The notes beneath the pieces are model-generated. The model was not told the DNA's origin. It worked only from the letters and a program-made list of their open reading frames with translations, and made no database searches. This document shows positions 34,193 through 42,100 of a DNA stretch of 48,192 bases, piece after piece. This DNA comes from a bacterium (GTDB lineage: Bacteria > J088 > JAWLBW01). The stretch is taken from contig JAWLHK010000014.1 of the NCBI GenBank assembly GCA_041690355.1, positions 62,001 to 110,192 on the forward strand, read 5' to 3'. Within the stretch, counting starts at the first letter, position 1; every line of letters begins with the position of its first letter. The translations under genes were made by a program, and so were the position numbers.

Positions 34193-35230
34193 ATGAACCC
34201 CACGCCCCTCCTGTTCCGCTTGCTTGTCGCCGTCCTGCTGACGGCCGCGCCGGCCGCGGCCGTCGCCGGCGAAACGCTCGAGCGCCGCATCGGCGTCATG
34301 GGGACCTCGCTGACCGTCGAGGTCGCTGCGCCGGACCGCGCCCGCGCGCTGGCCGCCTCCGAAGCCGCCGTGCGCGCGGTCGAGGCGGCTGAGCGGCGCC
34401 TCTCGACGTGGAAGTCAGACAGCGAGCTGGCCGCCGTGAACGCGGCGGTGCCGGGGGTTGCCTTCCCCGTCTCGCCGGCCCTGCGCCGCGAGCTGGCGGC
34501 GGCCCGCGCCTGCGCCGCTGATACCGAGGGGGCCTTCGAGGCCTCGGTGGGTCCCCTCGTCGCCGCCTGGGACCTGCGCGGCGCGGGGCGAGTACCCCCC
34601 GCTGATGTGCTGCGCGAGGCGCGTGCCGGCGTCGGCGCCGACGGGTGGCGCCTCGTGCAGGCCGGCGTCGTGCGGAATCATGGCGCCGTGCAGCTCGAGG
34701 AGGGGGGCTTCGGCAAGGGGGCTGCGCTCGATGCCGCCCGGGATGCCCTGCGCGCCGGCGATGCAGACAGCGCGGTCTTGGACCTCGGCGGTCAGGTGCT
34801 CGCGATGGGCACCGCCGTCGACGTCCCCCTGGCCCACCCTGCGCAACGGGAGGTCGCGGTCGCGACCTTCAGCATCGACGGCGGCTCGCTCGCCGTCTCG
34901 GGCAACAGCGAACGCGGCCTGCGGGTCGACGGCCGCGCCGTCGGCCACATCCTCGATCCGCGCACGGGCATGCCCGCGCCGTTCACGGGGAGCGTCGCCG
35001 TGTGGGTTCCCGGCGGCACCGCGGCGGCCCTGCGCGCCGACTGCCTGGCGACCGCCTTTTTCGTGCATGGGCCCGCGGCGACGCAGCGCCTTCTCGTCCG
35101 CATGCCCGACGTTCACGTTCTCTTTCTGGAACCCGTTGCCGACGGGGTCCGCATCCGCTCCTTCGGGCCGCACGCCGGCCGTTTGCGCGAGTCTGCCGCC
35201 TTCCGTCCCGCAGCGCCCGGAGACCGATGA
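34193..35230 (+). CDS. apbE: FAD:protein FMN transferase
   Basis: MGTSLTV, LSTWKSDSEL..VN, TEGAFEASVGPLV..W, GGFGKG, DLGGQ, SGNSER, GHILDPRTG, ADCLATA; start ATG 34193. Confidence 0.92.
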   Translation: MNPTPLLFRLLVAVLLTAAPAAAVAGETLERRIGVMGTSLTVEVAAPDRARALAASEAAVRAVEAAERRLSTWKSDSELAAVNAAVPGVAFPVSPALRRELAAARACAADTEGAFEASVGPLVAAWDLRGAGRVPPADVLREARAGVGADGWRLVQAGVVRNHGAVQLEEGGFGKGAALDAARDALRAGDADSAVLDLGGQVLAMGTAVDVPLAHPAQREVAVATFSIDGGSLAVSGNSERGLRVDGRAVGHILDPRTGMPAPFTGSVAVWVPGGTAAALRADCLATAFFVHGPAATQRLLVRMPDVHVLFLEPVADGVRIRSFGPHAGRLRESAAFRPAAPGDR

Positions 35231-35238
35231 GGAATTCC

Positions 35239-35784
35239 ATGTATCGTTTTGCCGTCCTCCTCTTCCTTTTTGTCTTTCTCGCGCTGCCCGGCCCCGCCGG
35301 CGCCAAGGTCTTTCTGAAGACCGATGAGGCGCTCGCCCTCGCCTTTCCCGGCTGCAAGGTCGAGAAGGACACCGTATTCCTGAGCGCTGATCAGCAGAAG
35401 AAAGCGGGCGCGCTGGCGGGCGAGCCCATCGAGAGCGCCCTCGTGCATCCCTACCGCGCCGTCTGCGACGGCAAGCCGGGGGGAACCGCCTATTTCGACA
35501 CCCATCGCGTGCGCACGCTCCCCGAAACGCTGCTCGTCGTCGTGGGTCCCGACGGCGCCGTGCGGCGCATCGAGGTCGTCTCCTTCTATGAGCCCGAAGA
35601 TTATCTGCCGCGCGCCGCCTGGTACGGGCAGTTCGTCGGCAAGCCGCTGCGCGACGGGCTGCGCATCAAGCAGGATATCCGGAACATCGCCGGCGCCACG
35701 CTGACCGCGCGCGCCACGACCGCGGCCGTGCGCCGCGTGCTCGCCCTTCACAAGGTCCTGGCCGAAGGGGCGAAACAGCCGTGA
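35239..35784 (+). CDS. Periplasmic FMN-binding (flavinylation substrate) protein
   Basis: Signal peptide MYRFAVLLFLFVFLALPGPAGA; VGPDGAVRRIEVVSFYEP, WYGQFVGK, NIAGATLTA (SGAT-like motif with the acceptor Thr). Confidence 0.85.
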   Translation: MYRFAVLLFLFVFLALPGPAGAKVFLKTDEALALAFPGCKVEKDTVFLSADQQKKAGALAGEPIESALVHPYRAVCDGKPGGTAYFDTHRVRTLPETLLVVVGPDGAVRRIEVVSFYEPEDYLPRAAWYGQFVGKPLRDGLRIKQDIRNIAGATLTARATTAAVRRVLALHKVLAEGAKQP

Positions 35785-36215
35785 CCCGTCTCCAGGCCCG
35801 CCTGCAGCACCTGGCCAACCTGCTCGTCGGGGGAACCGGAGTCGTCTATTTCGTCTTCAAGTATCTGACGACGAGCGACGATCCATTCGCCGTCGTGAAC
35901 CATCCCTGGCAGCCGCACGCGCAGCATCTGCACGTGCTCTTCGCGCCGGCGCTCGTCTTCGCCGTCGGCTGGCTCTGGCAGCGGCATGCGTGGGCGCGGT
36001 TGAAGGCGGGCAGGCGGGACGGCCGCCGCAGCGGCGCGACCCTCATCTTCACAGCCGCGCCGATGATCGCCTCGGGTTATCTGCTCCAGATTTCAGTCGA
36101 GGAGTTCTGGCGCACAGTCTGGGTCTGGACGCACGTGGGCGTCTCCACCGTGTGGATCCTCGGGTACCTCGCGCATCAGTTCGCGCCGCGCCGTCCGGCT
36201 AGTTCTCCCAGGTGA
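35781..36215 (+). CDS. Four-TM His-rich membrane protein, putative b-type cytochrome (DUF4405-like)
   Basis: GTG overlaps the previous stop; four hydrophobic segments with HLHVL, WQRHAW, WTHVG and LAHQ histidines. Confidence 0.65.
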   Translation: MTRLQARLQHLANLLVGGTGVVYFVFKYLTTSDDPFAVVNHPWQPHAQHLHVLFAPALVFAVGWLWQRHAWARLKAGRRDGRRSGATLIFTAAPMIASGYLLQISVEEFWRTVWVWTHVGVSTVWILGYLAHQFAPRRPASSPR

Positions 36216-37677
36216 ACCCGTCGATCGTCTTCCGGAAAAGCACGAAGACGCTCCCCTCTCCTACCTCGAGCAACAGCGGCGCCTCGAGCGTCAACTCGAC
36301 GCGGGCAGAACCCGTGGTCGTCGTGCAGGTGCCTGATCCGCTCGTGCAGGCGGCCTGCGTCGGCGCGCCGGATGCCGCCCACTCCGAGATGCGCAGGAGC
36401 AGCTCTGCGTTCATCCAGTCGACTCCGTAGACCTCGGCGCCGCAGGCAATCCCTGCCGACGCTTCAAGGCCCGGTCCTCCCTGCAGAAGCAGGCTTTCAC
36501 CCGCGGCCGGCGGCGAAGCCGGATCGTGCATGACCATCATCTCGAGCGCCGGATGTTCGGTCCCCTGGTTCACCAGGACATCGATGGAGCGATATTCCGT
36601 GAACGGCGCAGAAAACGACGCGTCTGCGTTCGCCACCGTGGTCGTCGCGCACTGCTCGACGCCGTCGACGACGACCTGCAGCTCGAATTCCGGAGCGAAC
36701 TTCACTTCGCGCGCCAGGGGACGCAGGGCGCCCATCCAGCGCGTTTCGACCACATAGACGGGTGGGAACACCTTGAGAAGCCGTTCGGCGACGGCTGCGG
36801 TCTCCTCTGACTCGCTGCAGGCGACAGACGGTGACGCGAGTCCGGGAGCCGTGCCCATCTTCCGGATGATCTCCATGGCCGTGCTATGGAGCATCTTCGT
36901 GATGTTCGTCAGCATCTGAAAGGTCTGCTGCTGTTTCTGCAGAGCCTCGTCCAGGGTGAGCTCGCTCTGCCCATCACTCAGTTCCTTGCGCGTGCCGTCA
37001 AGCAGGTCGATGTCCTTCTTGACCTCTTTCTTCGTGGGCAGCGTCGTCAGCAGCTCGCGCGACTTCTGGAGCAGCGTCTTCGAGTCCTTCTGAAGCTCCT
37101 TCTTCTTCGTCTGGTCGGGCACATCAACTCCGCCCCATTTCTGGCGGAACTTCTCTTCTTCCTGCAGAACGGCGCACATGCCTTCCCGATCGCCGGCCGT
37201 TTTCATGGCGCCGAGCAACGTCTGGCTCCGGGATGGCGGCAACGGCTCGGACACCGTCACCGGCTTGCGCAGCTCGCCCAGCGGTTTTCCGGCCTTCGTC
37301 TCCATACGAAGGCGCATCGAGGGGCGCTCCGTATCGGTAGCCGGAGCAGCGGCGGTCTCGGCGAGCACGGCGGGGGCCGCCGAGGACGGCAGAATGGGAA
37401 CGAGTGAGAAGACGGCCTGGTCGACCCCTTCAGGAAGCGCGCCGGCGGGAATCGAGACCTGCGTGCCGTAGAGCGGACTTCCGGCATCCGCAATGAACAG
37501 TTCCGTGTCTTCGTCGACACTCACGATCACGGCGCCGCCCCCATCGGCCTCGGCCTGGGCCCGGATGGTTTCGAGCCGCTGCTCGATCGTTTCTGCGGTC
37601 GTTACGGGCGACGGGCCGTCGCAGGCGAGTGCGAAAAGGGCCAGGGCTGGAAGGGTGAATTTCCGGAGCGTGCACAT
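36199..37677 (-). CDS. Lipoprotein with a ZU5-like N-domain and an internal T3SS-filament-like helix
   Basis: Lipobox LFALAC; GTQVSIPAGALPEG (ZU5-like); internal LQKQQQTFQMLTNITKMLHSTAMEIIRKMG; Cys-containing beta-rich C-terminus. Confidence 0.7.
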   Translation of the reverse strand: MCTLRKFTLPALALFALACDGPSPVTTAETIEQRLETIRAQAEADGGGAVIVSVDEDTELFIADAGSPLYGTQVSIPAGALPEGVDQAVFSLVPILPSSAAPAVLAETAAAPATDTERPSMRLRMETKAGKPLGELRKPVTVSEPLPPSRSQTLLGAMKTAGDREGMCAVLQEEEKFRQKWGGVDVPDQTKKKELQKDSKTLLQKSRELLTTLPTKKEVKKDIDLLDGTRKELSDGQSELTLDEALQKQQQTFQMLTNITKMLHSTAMEIIRKMGTAPGLASPSVACSESEETAAVAERLLKVFPPVYVVETRWMGALRPLAREVKFAPEFELQVVVDGVEQCATTTVANADASFSAPFTEYRSIDVLVNQGTEHPALEMMVMHDPASPPAAGESLLLQGGPGLEASAGIACGAEVYGVDWMNAELLLRISEWAASGAPTQAACTSGSGTCTTTTGSARVELTLEAPLLLEVGEGSVFVLFRKTIDGFTWEN

Positions 37678-37722
37678 GAGGGCCTCATCGTCGAAGGGGA
37701 ACACCGGCGGTTGACAGAGGGC

Positions 37723-37751
37723 ATCATAATGCAGTGCGCTTCAGCCGTCAA
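37723..37751 (-). promoter_or_regulatory. Sigma70 promoter of the ZU5-like lipoprotein gene
   Basis: Minus strand TTGACG-N17-TATGAT. Confidence 0.7.
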
Positions 37752-37852
37752 ACCGGCGTCGAACCGGCATCAAACGGGATGACGGGCGGCGGGAGCGGCA
37801 GGCCGGGAAATGAAATGGCCGGTTCCGCGTGCGCAGAACCGGCCGCAGGAAA

Positions 37853-38003
37853 CCTCACCCCCGTCGGCGCGCCGGCGCCGTCGGCCCCTCTCCTTGGTAA
37901 GGAGAGGGGATGGGAAAACGGATGAACATGAATGGGTTCGGCACCCTTCCCCGTTAGCAAGGGCAAGGGTCCGGGCGGCACCAGGCCGCCCGGGGGATGG
38001 GGT
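37853..38003. repeat. Inverted pair of REP-like elements
   Basis: 37853-37910 is the reverse complement of 9041-9098; 37943-38003 is a variant with the same architecture (ACCCTTCCCC..GGGCAAGGGT, inner hairpin, GGGATGGGG). Confidence 0.75.
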
Positions 38004-38012
38004 CAACCCGTC

Positions 38013-39110
38013 CTAGAAGTTGAACGCGTACCCCACGAGCAGGCTGAAGCCGCCCAGGTCGCCGGTCAGCTCCGAGAAGTCGTTGCTGATGTTCGTCGTG
38101 CTGTACTTCAGGGTGCCGACCAGATCGCCGGGGCCCATCGTCCGGCGCACGCCGCCGAAGAAACGGGTGCCGAACGCATTGCCCGACGTCGTGTCGAGCG
38201 GATCGATGACCCCGAGGTCGCTGCGTGACTCGAACGTGAAGCTCGCCGACACGTACTCGAAGCCGAGGCCTCCGTAGACGATCATGCTCGGCAGCGGCAG
38301 CCAGTACTCCGCGTTCAGCGAAATCGGAATGGCCGTCAGGTGCCACTCGTTTTCGTAGGCCCCGATGAGGACGTCGCGCTTCTGCTCGATCTCGGAGGTC
38401 GCATACCAGCCGCCCGTCGCCGAAAACGCGAGCGCATTGTTGAGCCACGGCGTGCGGTACCCGAATTTCACCTCGGCGTTCGGGCTGCGCACGTCGCCGA
38501 TGCCGTACAGGTAGCCGACGTCGGCGCCCGCGAAGAACCGCGTGGCGGGGCCGGATGTCCCCGTGCCTTCATCTTCTTCCTCACCTTCCTCGTCGGCAGG
38601 GGCCTCCGTTTCCGGCGCCTCGGCGGCAGCTACCGCCGGCGTCGATTCCGTCAGCGGCTGCACGTCGACGAGAAACGCGACGGGGGCCGCGCCGTCGGGA
38701 CCCGCGATGCGCCAGGCCTCGCCGGCGGCGACCGTGCGGGTCACGGTCGTCGGCTCGCCCACCTTGTACTGCGACTTGTGGACGATGGCCTTCGCCTGCG
38801 CGCCTTCGACGGTCACCTTCTCGACCGTGGATCCGAAGCGGATGACCACCGGAACCGCCTGGTTCCACTTGGGATCCGATGCGGAAAGGAGCTTGCGGAT
38901 GCGGAAGGTCGCCTGCCCCGGTGCCGTGAAGCGGATCTCGGCCTGCTTGCCGGGATTGACCGCATACCACGCCGTCCAGGCCTGGTTCTCGCCGATGTTG
39001 ATGCGCGACGCCGACCCGGCCAGCGTGAACGGGTCTTCGGCGCGCGCCGCGCCGGCCATGGCGACCATGGCCAGCACGACGAACAGCGAACGCATGACAA
39101 CACGTTTCAT
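38013..39110 (-). CDS. Two-domain OM protein: N-terminal beta domain, acidic linker, 8-stranded OmpA/OmpW-like barrel
   Basis: Signal MKRVVMRSLFVVLAMVAMAGAARA; DEEGEEEDEG linker; AIPISLNAEY, VYGGLGFEY, terminal GGFSLLVGYAFNF. Confidence 0.8.
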   Translation of the reverse strand: MKRVVMRSLFVVLAMVAMAGAARAEDPFTLAGSASRINIGENQAWTAWYAVNPGKQAEIRFTAPGQATFRIRKLLSASDPKWNQAVPVVIRFGSTVEKVTVEGAQAKAIVHKSQYKVGEPTTVTRTVAAGEAWRIAGPDGAAPVAFLVDVQPLTESTPAVAAAEAPETEAPADEEGEEEDEGTGTSGPATRFFAGADVGYLYGIGDVRSPNAEVKFGYRTPWLNNALAFSATGGWYATSEIEQKRDVLIGAYENEWHLTAIPISLNAEYWLPLPSMIVYGGLGFEYVSASFTFESRSDLGVIDPLDTTSGNAFGTRFFGGVRRTMGPGDLVGTLKYSTTNISNDFSELTGDLGGFSLLVGYAFNF

Positions 39111-39120
39111 GACATGCACC

Positions 39121-42100
39121 TTACGGAACCACCGTGAAGGCCGTCGGATTCGCCGCCGAGACCGGGTCGAGCGGCAGAAGGCCAAGGTCGGTGACCCCGG
39201 TGAAGCCGTTGACGTCTTCATACACTCGGGCCAGGTACCCGGTGCCGACGTTCAGGTCGGTGTAGAGGAGCGAACCGTCGTTGCCGTAGACGCCGAGCGG
39301 CTCGAAGGTCGCCACGGCGCCGTTGACCCACACGCAGCCCATGACCTCCTTGGAGACGTCGGTCAGATCCGCCGGATTGGCCGTGTCTTCGTAAACGCGC
39401 AGGCTGCCCGGGACGATTTCGTGCGCCGCACCGCTCCAGCCGAGCCGCGACGGATACGCCGACGCAGCATCGATGCTCTTGTTGAAGGTGAAGACCAGCG
39501 ACGTGGCCGGGTTCACCGTCGCCGGCGTCACCGACGACAGCGTGAGCGCCGAGCTCTCGGTCGTGAAGGTGCCCGTGGAGAGCGCGTTCAGGGTCAGCGG
39601 GTTACCGGCCAGGTCGGTGACGCCGGTCGTGAGCGACCAGTTGTAATCCGTGGCGTTGCGCCACGGCTTGTCGGGGGTGAACGTGGCCACGGTTCCGCTC
39701 ACGGTATACGTACCAGTCACCTGGGTTCCCCCGTTGGCATAGGTCACAACGAAGGTCGAGGCATCGACCGATTCGCTGCGCATGGCCTCGGAGAAGGTGA
39801 TTGTAATCGGCATTTCGTAGCCGATGCCGGTCGCCCCCCAGGGCGCCGCCATCATGACCGACGGAGCCACGTTCTCGGCCGTGAAGTTGACCGTCGCGCC
39901 CGCGCCGCCACGGGTCGCGCAGTCGCCGCACCCCTGCCGGTAGATCGACGTGATGTCGTCGTTCAGCGACAGCGTGTAGGTCTGGCCGACCTCCCAGTAT
40001 CCGCTCGGGACGAAATACGCGCGGAAGGTGGATTCGTCATAGTAGCGGGTTCCCGGCACTTCGCTGGCCGTGTTGTCGACGATGCGGAACGACTGGGCCG
40101 TCAGCGTGTTCGGGATGATGTGCGGACTCACGAATTCAACGTAGATCGCCTGCTTGCCGCTCACCACGGTCGATCCCGATGCCAGGAACGTGTCGGTGCT
40201 GTAGTTGGCGGCCGGGCGCGAGCCCGCGTTCGACGTGCCGAAGGCGGCGCAGACGTAATTGCCGGCAATCTTGCAGACCCCCGACGCCGTCGCCACCGGG
40301 TTGCCCCGGCTGTCGAGGATACCGGCGGCGCCCACGCGCACCTGGACGTAATAGGCGTCGCCGCCGGTCGTTTCGGGCACCGGCAACAGCGTCACGCCGC
40401 GCGCCGCTTCGTCGGGCAGGTAGAGCGACGGGTGATCCTTGCTGTCGGAGTCGCGGTACAGCTTGACGGTCGTGCCGTTGAGCGAGTCGCCGTCCATCGG
40501 CCGGCTGAAGGTGACGATCGGCAGCACCGTGGGCGGTTCGTTCGTACCCGTGCCGCCGTTCGGCCGGATGGCGATAATCGTTTCGGGGCTGGTCTTCAGC
40601 GTGCCGACCACGTCGACCGAGAGCGGGTTGCCGTCTTCGTCGACGATGCCCGGCGTGCCCGCGAACGTGTCGCGCGCGCGCAGCTCGATTTCATAGTTCG
40701 TGCCGTAGGCGAGGTTCGCCAGCGGCGTGAACTCCCAGGTGGTCGGCCCCGTCTGCGCCGGCACGCCGAGATCAACATAGGTGCCGAGATCGATGTTGCG
40801 CACGAGCACGGTATCGCCTGCCGGATCGGCCGGAGTGGAAACGACGATGGTGGCCGGGTCGATGACGGCGCCGAATCCGACGCGGATGGCGGTCGTGATG
40901 GACACGTCGCCCCGATCGGCGCCCGCGAGCAGGTCGGTCACGATCTCGCTGCCGTCGTAGCGCAGCGCAATCGACTCCACGCTCGAAACGACCGGATCGG
41001 ATACGGTGTCGAACGCGAACGTCAGGTCGGCGCCGAGGGTCTTCGTCGCGGCCTGGTTCGCGATGGTCGAATCCAGCGTGATCCAGTAGGTGGTGGAGTA
41101 CAGCAGCGGCTGCGCCGACGGCTCACACGAGGTCAGATCAGGCGTGAACACGGCGGCCGTGCGCGCCCCGCCGCTCGTGGTGTAGGTCGTGACGTCGACG
41201 GCGAAGAGCCGGACGTCGCCGCGGGCGGTGCTGTAGGTCACGCCGACGGTGGCCGTGTTGATCGTGGCCGTATCCATGAGTTCATTGAAGACGACCGTGA
41301 TCGCCCCCGTACTGGCCCGTTTCGCGAGCGTGACCTCGACGTCGGTTTCGTCGCTTTCGGGGTCGGTCGCCCACACGAGGGTTGCCGGCTGCGTGCGGAA
41401 CGAGGCGGCGAACTCCTGCTGCAGCGTGCGATCGTCGGTCGAGCGGATCGACAGGTCGACCTGCATGCGGTACGTCGTGTCGGGGTCCAGATCACCCAGC
41501 GCCACTTCGCGCACGATGACGGCCGTCTGCGTGGCGCAGTCGTAGTGGTCGTACGTCGGGTCGGGCGTCGGCGGGTTCGAGCAGTCGGGGAAAGTCACGC
41601 TGTTCAGCGACGGGTCGCCATTGTCGCCGTAGGTCATGACGGCGCCCGTGGTCGTGTTGGTCACCGAAATGGCCCCGAGCGTCGGCACGCTGACCGGCAG
41701 CGAGAAGCGGAAGCTGAATTCCTTCCGGAGGATGGACACCGGGAAAGCGCCGTTCACCGGCTCGGTAGCGATGACTTCGAGCGGCGGCGCCTTACGCGTC
41801 TGGAACGTCGAGGTCCACGTGGTCTCGAGGCAACCGCCCTCCTCCGTCGCGTTCACGGCGCAGATGCTCGTGCCCGCCGACAGCGGCGTGCCCCCCGGGA
41901 GGGTCACGCGGTAATACGTCTCGTACTTGACCGTGCCGGTCGCGGGGAAGAAGTAGGCGATCTGCGGGCCGCCCTCGACGGCCGTGTCGGGCGCGTACGA
42001 GAAGGTTCCCGCCAGCGTCGACGCGATCGTCGTGCAGTTCGCGTCCGTGCATTCCTCCAGGCGCAGCAGCGACTCCAGACCCGCCTGCTGGATCCGTTCG

